From assembly GCA_963769005.1 (NCBI GenBank), contig CAVYKC010000003.1:60559-124558 (forward strand): 64,000 nucleotides of DNA, given 5' to 3'. The first letter of the stretch is position 1. Each line of letters begins with the position of its first letter. The position numbers were made by a program, and so were the translations under genes. The notes beneath the pieces were generated by a model that made no database searches, was not told where the DNA came from, and saw only the letters and a list, made by a program, of their open reading frames with translations. Positions 28,900 to 38,368 of this stretch are shown here, piece by piece. The stretch is from an uncultured Actinomycetota bacterium (GTDB lineage Bacteria > Actinomycetota > Actinomycetes > Actinomycetales > Microbacteriaceae).

Positions 28900-28920
28900 A
28901 AATGTTAGCAGCTAACATTT
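28900..28920. promoter_or_regulatory. TetR operator AAATGTTAGC-A-GCTAACATTT overlapping the -10 box
   Basis: Perfect 10-bp arms directly upstream of TetR-ABC operon. Confidence 0.8.
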
Positions 28921-29124
28921 TTCTAGAGCGTGAAGAATGGTGTGGGAGAGTTTGAACCATGAGCTGCCACCACGGTCTGCCTTTCGCCGTCTCCGAGATC
29001 GGGCTGGCCACTGCGAGCCCACAATCGTGCTTCCGGGCGGCCCGTGCCGCGGTTCCGAGTAGCTGGGCGACTCGGCTGGTCTCACGAAGACGCATCGACT
29101 CGTCGTCCTTCATCCCAGGGGGAC

Positions 29125-29152
29125 GGGACTGTTGCACGGATAGGTGGCATCT
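29125..29152 (+). repeat. Orphan 28-bp terminal repeat copy 3 (GGGACTGTTGCACGGATAGGTGGCATCT)
   Basis: 25/28 to copy 1; IS5 end begins 9 bp later. Confidence 0.75.
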
Positions 29153-29160
29153 GAGTTGGC

Positions 29161-29960
29161 TGGGGCGTGTTGCTAATCCCGCTGGTGAGCCAGTGGAGCG
29201 TCGCGGCGAGGCAGAGGCCGGCGTGGTAGTTGCGGGCGAGTTTGTCTGATCGCATGGCGATGCCGCGCCATTGCTTGAGCTTGTTGAAGCAGCGCTCAAC
29301 GACGTAGCGGTCGCGGTAGCGGTGCTGTTGTTCGTCGCCGAAGTCGATGGGGCGGCCGCGACGTTTGCGGCGGTGGGGCGATCTGATCATCACGTTCGGG
29401 ATCGTCGCGGCGATGCCCCGCTCGCGCAGCCATGGCGGTTCGCCCGGGACGGGTAGCCCTTGTCGGCCATCACTCGGTCCGGGCGCTTGCGCGGCCGCCC
29501 GCACGCGGATCTGTTCCAGCGTCGCGGCGAGCATGCTCGTGTCAGCGGCCTGGCCGGGCGTCAGGATGAACGCCAGCGCGCGTCCCCTCCCGTCGCAGAC
29601 CAGGTGGTTCTTCGTCGTCAGCCCGCCACGGGAGCAGCCGATCGCGTGATCGGGTGGCTCGTGACCGAACTTCTTGTAGTTCTGCAGAGCCCCCCGCGGC
29701 CCACGGGAGGGTTTCGTCGTGCTGATGCACGCGCACGATCGTGGAGTCGATCGATGCGACCCAATCCAGGTCCCCGGCCTGCCGCGCACGTGACTGCACA
29801 TGCTCCAGCACCTGCGCCCAAACCCCGGCGTCGGCCCACCGGTTGAAGTTCTTGTAGATCGTGTTCCAGCTCCCGAACCGCTCCGGCATGTCCCGCCAGG
29901 GTGCGCCAGTGCGGAACCGCCAGTCCGTCGCCTCAACGACCGTTCGACGACCCACCGAGG
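29161..29960 (-). mobile_element. IS5-family (IS427-like) transposase remnant, 5'-truncated and frameshifted
   Basis: RFRTGAPWRDMPERFGSWNTIYKNF, IDSTIVRVHQH, SRGGLTTK, VERCFNKLKQWRGIA in different frames; end GGGGCGTGTTGCTAA. Confidence 0.85.
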
Positions 29961-30080
29961 GATGATGCGAGAGTGAATGATGTCGCTGCGATCTATGACG
30001 ATCTCGTTCGGTTCGAGACGAGTTCTCGATCACAACACCGCGACGAAGTCGACAAGGAATAGGACCTGCGCGACAAGAGC

Positions 30081-31450
30081 TCAGGAGAACGAGTCCGCGC
30101 CGTATGTGATTTCCGTCGACGCCGGTGACCGGTCCGACGCGCTGCCTGCTACGGATACGGTGCCCGACGGGACCGACTCGAGGCGCGAAGAGAACGCCAC
30201 GCTCGTCGTCTTGCCGGGCGCGAGCGCCTGGATCGTTCTGGAACCGAAAGCTGTCGTGATCAGGACATCGACCGATACGGTGTCCACGTTCTTCACGGAG
30301 ACCGTGAGGTAGACCTTCTTGGCGGCGCATCTCGTCGTCGCAGTGACCACAAGATCCAGTTCCTTGACGGTGACGTCGACGAGTGTCCACTGCTGATGGG
30401 CGGACCCGCGATACACCTGCTGCTCTGCCCGGGTTCCATCGGCGACAGTGGCCGCCGTCAGTCCGAGCGCGTGGGTCGAGAATCGATTGATGAACGCGAC
30501 TCGCCCCTCACCAACGGGCGTCGCCGACCACTGCTGCTGTAGAGCGGTGACGTCCGATCGGATTCCTGCCTTCGCACCGATCGCGCGTGAGCGCCCGCCG
30601 ATCTCCAGGACCCTTCCGCTGTTCGTATCCTTGAGCGTATAGAAGCCGTCGATCTCGGTGGTGAACGTCCAGCGCTGATTCGGTGCGCCGGTGTCGGGCG
30701 CGAGAACGACGGCGGTGCCGTCGGCCGTGGCGCCCCCGAGGACGGTCAGAGCCTTGCCGCTCGTCGCGTTGATGACCTTGTAGATCCGGTCTGGCGCAAC
30801 GGCGAACGACTGGCGCACCGGCTCCGCGGTCCGTCCGCCGACTCGCAGTCCTGACACGTTCGTGTACCCGCCCGACCCCGCCTTCGCAGTGAACCGGATG
30901 AACCCCGCGATGACCGAAGGCCACTCCACGACCTTCGGAGTGCGATCAGCGACCCAGGTGCCCGAGGCGACCGTGGTGAACGTCACCCCGTCGGCACTTG
31001 TCGACACCTCGAACGACGTGACGTCGCCGTCGGTGCCGTTCTCACGAGCCCACTGCTTCGGCAGATACTCCAGGGTCGTCACATTGTCGTAGGCACCGCC
31101 GAGGTCGAGGGTGATCGAGACGGGCATCGCGAGCTCTTTCGTACCCGGCCATGTCGACCAGCAGGTCTGCGAGTTCCTGTCGCCCCTGCCGTCGATGGCG
31201 AAGTAGGGAGGCTCGGGATCGCGAAACGCGGAGGGCGTGGACCGCTACGGGCGTGATCAGGTACTCGGCGCGAAGCGGCTGAGTGGGCAGCGCTCCGCGC
31301 TGCAGGTTGGGCGACCATGCGGCTCCGACCTCGGCGAGACGGGTCACCACGTTGGCATCCAGCTTGCCCTCACGGTTGGGCGCGCAGTTGAGGATGAATG
31401 ACGTCCACATGGACGGTCTTCAGACGGTTCGCGCTGAGTACGCATCGCAC
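30081..31450 (-). pseudogene. C-terminal remnant of secreted GH29-like alpha-L-fucosidase (F5/8 + ricin-B lectin + C-terminal module)
   Basis: WTSFILNCAPNREGKLDANVVTRLAEVG, then frame changes to AIDGRGD...ITLDLG (discoidin) and QxW ricin repeats; N-terminal catalytic part absent. Confidence 0.7.
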
Positions 31451-31526
31451 GTTGAGGATCCGAATCTGAGAGCCGCGATAGGCGAGATCCAGCCGGGCGA
31501 GAGCATGCTCTGATCAGGAGCTCTTG

Positions 31527-31618
31527 TGGCGGAGACGAGGGGATTTGAACCCCTGGAACCCGTGAGGGTTCTCCACCTTAGCAGGGTGGTGCACTAGGCC
31601 GGACTATGCGACGTCTCC
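31527..31618 (-). tRNA. tRNA-Ser(GCT)
   Basis: GGAGACG acceptor, CCACC-CTGCTAA-GGTGG anticodon arm, long variable arm, GTTCAAATC, encoded CCA. Confidence 0.95.
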
Positions 31619-31697
31619 AGGCATCCGACCCGAAAGCACGGATGCACTTAGCAATCATAACCGGTCCGGCGAGCAGGCACGAACCGACGCCGAACCG

Positions 31698-32933
31698 CTA
31701 CTCGCGGACGTTGCCGTTCGAGCAGGTCTGCTGGGCCGCGGAGTTTCCCTTGATGGAATCCGGCAGCGCCACCACGGTCTGCGTCGGGTCCGGCGTCGCC
31801 GCCGGATCGGTCGCGACGGGAGCGGGATCCGTCACCACGACGCCGTCGTTCTCGGTGTTCACGTGCGTGATCTGCAGTTGCGCGTTGGCGTTGATCGCAT
31901 CCCACATCGCCGTCGCCGCCTCGTCATCGGGGATGACCTTGTTGGGGTCGTCGTAGTCCGTGACGTTCGGGTACTGCAGGAAGACGATGTCCTGGAACGG
32001 CACGTCCTTCACCGCGAGCGCGATCTGCACGATCTTCATCGGATCGGCGAGGGATTGACTGGGCTCGAGGTTCTTGACGCCGGTGGTTGCGAGCTTCAGC
32101 ATCACCGGGATGTTGCCGAGCGTCTCACCGCTGATCATCTTGCGCGCCAGGCTCGACATGTACTGCTGCTGGTTGCCGATGCGGCCGAGGTCGCTGCCGT
32201 CACCCACGCCGTGTCGGGTACGGAGGAACTGCAGCGCCTCGATCCCCTCGATCGTGTGGTTGCCGGCCGCCAGGTCGAGGCCGGTGTGATCGTCCTGGAT
32301 GGGGTTCGCGAGGCAGACCTCGACGCCGCCGATCGCGTTCGTGATCTCGATCACTCCGCCGAAGGTGACGGATGCCGCGAACTGGATCTCCTGGCCGGTG
32401 AGCTCGGAGATCGTCTTCACGACGCAGTTGAGGCCGCCATCGGTATAGGCGGTGTTCAGCGGCTGCTTGGTCATCCCGGAGCGGAGGTCGCCGTCGGCAT
32501 CCACGCACTCGGGAATCGGGATCATCAGGTCACGCGGGAAGCTGACGGCCGTGATGCGCCGGGGCTCCTCGGAGACGTGGATCAGGAGGTTCACATCGTT
32601 GAGCGTGCCCCCGGAATCCGGGCCTTCGCAACGCTCGCCGAAGTACTGCTTGTAGGCGTCCTCACACGTGTCGACGCCGGTGAGGAGCAGGTTGAACCCG
32701 CCCTTGTAGGCGCCGATATCCGGCGGAAGGTCCTCCTGGCCGTCGAGTTCGACGGCGTTGGCGGTGACCGTGCTGGCGAGGTCGTAGAACACGTACGCCC
32801 CGACGCCGACGCCGCTGACGAGCACGACGGCCATCGCGATGCCGATGAGCTTGAGCAGCTGAGACGCCGAGCTGGGCGTGCGCAGCTGACCATGGCGCGC
32901 GATGGTTCGACGGCGTCGGGGGTTCTCGCTCAA
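31698..32933 (-). CDS. LCP (LytR-CpsA-Psr) family protein
   Basis: N-terminal TM, LNDVNLL, SFPRDL, FLRTRHGVGDGSDLGRIGNQQ. Confidence 0.9.
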   Translation of the reverse strand: MSENPRRRRTIARHGQLRTPSSASQLLKLIGIAMAVVLVSGVGVGAYVFYDLASTVTANAVELDGQEDLPPDIGAYKGGFNLLLTGVDTCEDAYKQYFGERCEGPDSGGTLNDVNLLIHVSEEPRRITAVSFPRDLMIPIPECVDADGDLRSGMTKQPLNTAYTDGGLNCVVKTISELTGQEIQFAASVTFGGVIEITNAIGGVEVCLANPIQDDHTGLDLAAGNHTIEGIEALQFLRTRHGVGDGSDLGRIGNQQQYMSSLARKMISGETLGNIPVMLKLATTGVKNLEPSQSLADPMKIVQIALAVKDVPFQDIVFLQYPNVTDYDDPNKVIPDDEAATAMWDAINANAQLQITHVNTENDGVVVTDPAPVATDPAATPDPTQTVVALPDSIKGNSAAQQTCSNGNVRE

Positions 32934-32990
32934 TCGGGGACCTTTCGGCTCTGCTGCGGTACGTCGGGGGTCATACCGTGCTCAGTACTG

Positions 32991-33075
32991 CGGAGGGTAA
33001 GGGATTCGAACCCTTGAGACATCTCTGCCCACTGGTTTTCAAGACCAGCTCCATCGGCCGCTCGGACAACCCTCC
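32991..33075 (-). tRNA. tRNA-Ser(TGA)
   Basis: GGAGGGT acceptor, CTGGT-CTTGAAA-ACCAG, variable arm, GTTCGAATC; CCA not encoded. Confidence 0.95.
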
Positions 33076-33187
33076 CGACAGACGCTTCTGTCGACCAGGC
33101 GTGAGTCTAGCCGAGTTCCATTCTCCCGTGCCGACCTGGGCGGGTCCTGGATGCTGCAGCATGCACCGTTCGATCGAGCCCGGCGTC

Positions 33188-34192
33188 TCAGCCGCTCGAC
33201 TCGCGCACGACGAGCTCCGGCTGGAAGCGGATGGCGCGCTCGTGATCGCCCGATTCGCCGGAGGTCTCTTTGAGGAGCAGGTCCACCGCGGTCCAGCCCA
33301 GCGTGCGCGCGGGCTGGCTCACCGAGGTGAGCGGCACCACTGTGGCCGCGGCGAAGTCGATGTCGTCGTAGCCCACCAGGGCGATGTCCTCCGGCACGCG
33401 GATGCCGCCGCCGAGGGCGAAGGCCTGGAGAACGCCGACGGCGAGCAGGTCGTTGGCCGCGAACACGGCGTCAGGGCGATCGGCCGGTGCGCGGGCGACG
33501 ATCTCCTCGCCCGCCGACCGGCCGTTCAGCACAGTGAGCCCACCGCGCTCGACCACTTCGAGCGTCGCCCCCTCGACGGAGGCGACGGCGTCGCGCGCTC
33601 CCTGCAGACGGTCGGCGACCTGATGGATCGACGTCGGACCAGCGAGGAACGCGATCCGCCTGCGTCCGCCGCTGAGCAGGTGCGCGACCGCGAGCCGGCC
33701 GCCCTCGACGTCGTCCACGGCAACCGAGGCGAACTCGTGATCCGGGTCCTCGCGGTCGACGAAGATCACCGGCACGCCGGAGTTCTTCAGCGCCCGCAAC
33801 GATTCCAGCTCGTCGGAGACCGGCGTGATCAGCAGTCCGTTCACCCGCTGCTCGCGGAAGAGCTCGATATGAGCATCCTGTCGCTGCGGGTTCTCATCGC
33901 TGTTGCCGAGCAGCACCGTGAGCCCGGCTGCGGACGCCCTCTCCTCGGCCCCGCGTGCGACCTCGGCGAAGAACGGGTTGCCCACATCGGGGACGACGAG
34001 CCCGATGCTGCGACTGCGGCCGGCACGCAACTGCCGCGCCGCATCGTTGCGGACGAATCCGAGCTCGCGGATCACCCTCTGCACCCTGTCCACGGTGGCG
34101 GGTGCGACCCGATCCGGCTGATTCAGCACGTTCGAGACTGTGCCCACCGAGACGCCCGCAGTGGCCGCGACATCCTTGACGCTCACCGACAT
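33188..34192 (-). CDS. LacI family regulator (probable rhamnose-locus regulator)
   Basis: SVKDVAATAGVSVGTVSNVLN, LGFVRNDAARQL; last gene of ABC operon. Confidence 0.9.
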   Translation of the reverse strand: MSVSVKDVAATAGVSVGTVSNVLNQPDRVAPATVDRVQRVIRELGFVRNDAARQLRAGRSRSIGLVVPDVGNPFFAEVARGAEERASAAGLTVLLGNSDENPQRQDAHIELFREQRVNGLLITPVSDELESLRALKNSGVPVIFVDREDPDHEFASVAVDDVEGGRLAVAHLLSGGRRRIAFLAGPTSIHQVADRLQGARDAVASVEGATLEVVERGGLTVLNGRSAGEEIVARAPADRPDAVFAANDLLAVGVLQAFALGGGIRVPEDIALVGYDDIDFAAATVVPLTSVSQPARTLGWTAVDLLLKETSGESGDHERAIRFQPELVVRESSG

Positions 34193-34237
34193 GCTCACCC
34201 GTGCCTTTCTCGCAACGCTGTCCAGTGTCGCATGGGC

Positions 34238-34858
34238 TCAGCGCCGGCGTTCGCCGACGGCCACCGTCGCGAAGACGAGGCATCCGAGCCCGGGGATGAG
34301 CAGCGGGAGCAGCTGCCAGGTAATGACCGCGGTGAGCACGAGCGCGACGATCAGATACGCGGAGCCGACGGCATCCGCCCGGATCCACGCCGGCATGACC
34401 CGCACGGCGGCGCGCCAGCCGTGTTCCGGCGACCATCCGGCAGCGGCGACCAGGACGGCGAGCCAGACGACGATCAGCCCGACGATGCCGACCGTGCCGA
34501 CGAGAGGACCGCCGGGGAGTGTCCCGCCGGCGGCCAGCAGGATGTCCCAGAGCAGCACGGCACTCACCGCGAGCGCGGCCCCGCCGACGACCAGACCCGC
34601 GGGGATCGCCCGTCGCAGGTCAGCCAGGAATAGCCCGACACCGGATGCCTCGGCCTGCAGGTGACGCCGCAGATGCCGGATGCCTGCGGCGAGCGCGGCC
34701 GGCGTCGTGACGAGCGGCAGTGAGCACGCCACCACGAGGATGCCGACCCACATGACCTCCCCGAACAGTGCGAACCGGTTGACCGCTCCCGGCCAACGCA
34801 GGAGGCTGCCGTCGATCTCCGGTTTACGCCTGTGCGCCCTCGGCATCCGCCTGCCCAT
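34238..34858 (-). CDS. DUF624/YesL-like membrane protein
   Basis: SLPLVTTPAALAAG, multi-TM, in sugar ABC operon. Confidence 0.65.
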   Translation of the reverse strand: MGRRMPRAHRRKPEIDGSLLRWPGAVNRFALFGEVMWVGILVVACSLPLVTTPAALAAGIRHLRRHLQAEASGVGLFLADLRRAIPAGLVVGGAALAVSAVLLWDILLAAGGTLPGGPLVGTVGIVGLIVVWLAVLVAAAGWSPEHGWRAAVRVMPAWIRADAVGSAYLIVALVLTAVITWQLLPLLIPGLGCLVFATVAVGERRR

Positions 34859-34865
34859 CAGCGCA

Positions 34866-35777
34866 TCAGCCCTTCAGCCCCTGTGTCGCGACACCCTCGA
34901 CGAGGAAGCGCTGGAAGATCATGAAGAACACCAGCACCGGCAGCAGCGCCAGCACAGACACCGCGATCGTCGCGCCGAGGTCGGAGGTGGAGGTCTGGTC
35001 GTTGAAGATGCGCAGGGCGAGCGGCACCGGCTGCTTGTTCGGTGAATTGAGGTACAGCAGCGGTCCGAGGAAGTCGTTCCAGCTCCAGATGAACGCGAAG
35101 ATCGACGAAGTGATCAACGCCGGCTTGATGAGGGGCAGCGTGATCGAGAAGAACACTCGCGGGTGGCCCGCTCCGTCGATACGCGCGGCCTCATCGAGCT
35201 CTCGCGGCAGGCCGCGGATGAACTGCACCATGAGGAAGACGAAGAACGCCTCCGTCGCCAGGAACTTCCCGATCAGCAGCGGCACGAACGTGTCGACCAG
35301 CCCGAGATTCCGGAACAGCATGTACTGCGGGATGATCAGCACGTGGAACGGCAGCAGCATCGTGCCGATCATGATCGTGAAGAGGAGCGCCCTGCCCTTG
35401 AAGTCGACACGAGCGAAGGCGTACGCCGCCATGGACGAGGAGATCACGATTCCGATGACGGAGCCGACCGCCAGGATCATCGAGTTCGCGAAGAACTGCC
35501 AGAGCGGCACCCCCGCGACGCCCCCGAGCACGGTGAGGTAGTTGTCGATCGTGGGATTCTGTGGAAGAAGCCCCTGGTTCGATCCGAACTCGGAGTGCGG
35601 CTTGAAGGATGCGGCGAACATCCACACCAACGGATAGAGCACGATCGCCGCGAGCGCGACGGCGATCACGATCCAGACGATCGTGATGATCCGGGCTCTG
35701 GTGCGAGCACGTCCCGCGCGCACGGGCCGTGCCGCCCGGCGCTCGTCGATCGCGAGCAGAGTTCTGGTCTCGCTCAT
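34866..35777 (-). CDS. Carbohydrate ABC permease
   Basis: ELDEAARIDGAG EAA loop, FIWSWNDFLGPL. Confidence 0.93.
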   Translation of the reverse strand: MSETRTLLAIDERRAARPVRAGRARTRARIITIVWIVIAVALAAIVLYPLVWMFAASFKPHSEFGSNQGLLPQNPTIDNYLTVLGGVAGVPLWQFFANSMILAVGSVIGIVISSSMAAYAFARVDFKGRALLFTIMIGTMLLPFHVLIIPQYMLFRNLGLVDTFVPLLIGKFLATEAFFVFLMVQFIRGLPRELDEAARIDGAGHPRVFFSITLPLIKPALITSSIFAFIWSWNDFLGPLLYLNSPNKQPVPLALRIFNDQTSTSDLGATIAVSVLALLPVLVFFMIFQRFLVEGVATQGLKG

Positions 35778-36757
35778 CGGGAGTCACCTCCGTAATGCAC
35801 CCAGCTTCTGGAGGTGCGGAACATCAGGAATGCGATGATGCCGACGACGATCAGCAGGACCCAGGCCATGGCCGAGGCGTATCCGAGCTGGCCGTCGCGG
35901 AACGCACGCGTGTACAGGTAGACGGTGTAGTAGTTGGTCGCACCGGCAGGGCCACCGGTGCCGGATCCGATGATGTACGCCGACGCGAAGATCTGGAACG
36001 CGTGGATCATCTCCAGCAGCAGGTTGAAGAAGATCACGGGCGAGAGCATCGGGAGCGTCACGTTGAAGAACTTGCGCCAGGGGCCGGCGCCATCGACGGA
36101 TGCCGCTTCGTACAGCTCGGTCGGAACGCCTTTCAGCCCCGCAAGGAAGATGACCATCGGAGCGCCGAACTGCCAGACGGCCAGCAGGATGATCATCGGC
36201 AGGACGAGGGCCGGGATGCCGACCCAGCCGCCGATCTCGATGCCGAAGACGTTCAGGGTGCCGTCGACCGGCCCGTCCGTCGCGAACATCGCCCGCCAGA
36301 CGATCGCGATCGACACGCTGGCGCCGATCAACGACGGAGCGTAGAAGGCGGATCGGAAGAAGCCCGATCCCCTGCTGCGCGCGTTCAGCAGCATCGCCAC
36401 GCCGAGGGCCGCGGCGAGCTTGATCGGCGTGCCGACGAGGACGTAGGCGAGGGTGATCTGAACCGAGCCCCAGAACTTCTGGTCGCCCATCATCCGTTCG
36501 AAGTTGCCGAGACCGATCCACTGTGGCGAACTGAAGATGTCGTACGAGGTGAAGGCGAGATACAGCGAGAACAGCATCGGGCCGGCCGTGAGGCCGATGA
36601 AGCCCAGCAGCCACGGCGAGAGGAAGATGTAGCCCGCGACGGTGTCCCGGCTGGGACCGCGACGCCGGGACACCGTCGCTCGGCCGTCGGCCGAGGGACG
36701 GGCACCGGAATCGGCGACGCGTGGAGCATTCGGCGCGATCGCCGATTCGGTGGACAT
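35774..36757 (-). CDS. Carbohydrate ABC permease
   Basis: YIFLSPW, LYEAASVDGA, VTLPMLSP. Confidence 0.93.
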   Translation of the reverse strand: MSTESAIAPNAPRVADSGARPSADGRATVSRRRGPSRDTVAGYIFLSPWLLGFIGLTAGPMLFSLYLAFTSYDIFSSPQWIGLGNFERMMGDQKFWGSVQITLAYVLVGTPIKLAAALGVAMLLNARSRGSGFFRSAFYAPSLIGASVSIAIVWRAMFATDGPVDGTLNVFGIEIGGWVGIPALVLPMIILLAVWQFGAPMVIFLAGLKGVPTELYEAASVDGAGPWRKFFNVTLPMLSPVIFFNLLLEMIHAFQIFASAYIIGSGTGGPAGATNYYTVYLYTRAFRDGQLGYASAMAWVLLIVVGIIAFLMFRTSRSWVHYGGDSR

Positions 36758-36776
36758 CGAAGGGGTTCTTTCCGGG

Positions 36777-38066
36777 TCAGCCTGCGAGGATGACTTCGGC
36801 CTCGTCGAAGAACTGAGTCACCGCGTCGTCGACGCTGATCGCTCCCAGGCCGATCGACTTGCCGAGGTCCCAGAACGTCTGCTCGATCGAGCCGTAGCCT
36901 TTCACGGGCACCGGAGGCGCATCGCCGATGCGGTCGGCGACGGACTCGAGGTAGTCGGCGACCTGCTTGTCCGCGCCTTCGAGCTTCGCTCCGTCGAGCT
37001 TGCTCGATGAGGCGGGGAAGCCGAGAGTGGTGCCGAAGATCTCGCCCGCTTCCGGGGAGTTGACCAGGAAGTCGAGGAAGATCGCTGCCGCCTCGGGGTA
37101 CTCGGTGTTAGCCGAGACGGCGACCTGTAGGCCGGCCTGACGGTACAGGTCCTTGGCCCCGTCGTCGCTCGTCGGCGGTGCCACCATCGAGAGCTTCGCA
37201 TTGCCGGTCTCGGCGAGGTAGCCGCCCAGGAAGTTCGACCAGCTCATTTCGCTCGCGGTCAGCTTGGCACCGAGTCCGGACGTCGGGGTGATCTCCTCGA
37301 GTCGGGACTGCGGAACGCCGACGCCGTCGCGGACCTGCGCGCCGGAGTCCCAGAAGTCGCGCAGTTGGTCCTCATCGAAACCGAGCGCGCCGTCGTCGGT
37401 GAAGAGGTTCCCGCCGTCCTGGCGCAGAAGCAGCTCGAGGTTCTGAATGCGCTGGGTGTAATCCGTGCCACCGTAGATGCTGCCGCCGGACGCCTCGGTG
37501 ACGCTCGCAATCCACTCGTCGTGATCCTCATACGAGGTGCCGCCCTCGTAGGGTTCCACACCGACCTGAGCGAGCAGGTCGTCGTTCTGGAAGACGGCCC
37601 AGGCGCTGTAGCCGGTGGGCAGGGAGAACTGCTTCCCGTCGAGCTGTCCGGTGCCGAGCAGGGATTCATCGAACGTGGAGGTGTCGACGAAGTCCTGGTA
37701 CTGGCCGAGGTCGAGCAGCATGCCCGGTTCGCCGTACTGACGCAGGTACGAGTCGGAGAACTGCCACACATCCGGGAGTCCGTTGCCGGCCGCCTCGGTC
37801 TGACGCTTCTCCCAGTAGCTGGGGAAGTCCGTGAAGCTGCCCTCGACCGTGATGTTCGGGTATTCCTCGTTGAACGCCTCGATGAGTGCCTCGTAGCGGC
37901 TGGCCCGATCGTCGTTGCCCCACCATGTGAACGTCAGCGTGACCTTCTCGTCGGCGTCGTACGCGGGCTTCGTATCGGGGGCTGCGCCTCCGGCGCAGCC
38001 TGCGAGCGCGAGTGCCGCGCCGGTGACGAGGGCCGTCGCCGCGGCGATTCGCTTCCTAATGAACAT
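36777..38066 (-). CDS. Carbohydrate ABC substrate-binding lipoprotein (YesO-like)
   Basis: LALAGC lipobox, FTWWGNDDR, start MFIRKR with RBS. Confidence 0.9.
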   Translation of the reverse strand: MFIRKRIAAATALVTGAALALAGCAGGAAPDTKPAYDADEKVTLTFTWWGNDDRASRYEALIEAFNEEYPNITVEGSFTDFPSYWEKRQTEAAGNGLPDVWQFSDSYLRQYGEPGMLLDLGQYQDFVDTSTFDESLLGTGQLDGKQFSLPTGYSAWAVFQNDDLLAQVGVEPYEGGTSYEDHDEWIASVTEASGGSIYGGTDYTQRIQNLELLLRQDGGNLFTDDGALGFDEDQLRDFWDSGAQVRDGVGVPQSRLEEITPTSGLGAKLTASEMSWSNFLGGYLAETGNAKLSMVAPPTSDDGAKDLYRQAGLQVAVSANTEYPEAAAIFLDFLVNSPEAGEIFGTTLGFPASSSKLDGAKLEGADKQVADYLESVADRIGDAPPVPVKGYGSIEQTFWDLGKSIGLGAISVDDAVTQFFDEAEVILAG

Positions 38067-38146
38067 CGTTGTCCTCTCTTGGTGAACGTCGTCGACCGGT
38101 GGGGGCCGGACGTCGCTGACCGGATCTACTGCGGTTCGCGCTGAAT

Positions 38147-38159
38147 GGAAAGCGCTTCC
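38147..38159. promoter_or_regulatory. LacI-type box GGAAAGCGCTTCC
   Basis: Inverted copy at 38299-38312 in the same divergent promoter region. Confidence 0.65.
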
Positions 38160-38298
38160 CCGCAATCTACTCGGGATTGACACGTTTCACAAGATCCGGT
38201 TCTTACCCGATCTTCTATCGTGAGGTAAACGTTGTACTGAACATCGCCGACTACTGGTCGGTTGACTGCGCCAGTGCGAGCGACATCGGAGACACAGC

Positions 38299-38312
38299 GG
38301 GAAGCGCTTTCC
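38299..38312. promoter_or_regulatory. LacI-type box GGGAAGCGCTTTCC
   Basis: Reverse complement of 38147 box, upstream of Gfo-DUF6807. Confidence 0.65.
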
Positions 38313-38368
38313 CATATGCTGGAGGAGAATGTGTGCAGCATCCGCTCCCCGACCGAAGGAATCCCGCG

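Noticed and set aside
30074-31526. 9-bp CAAGAGCTC match to the tRNA 3' flank as an att site
   Set aside because: Inverted, too short, and contains no tRNA sequence
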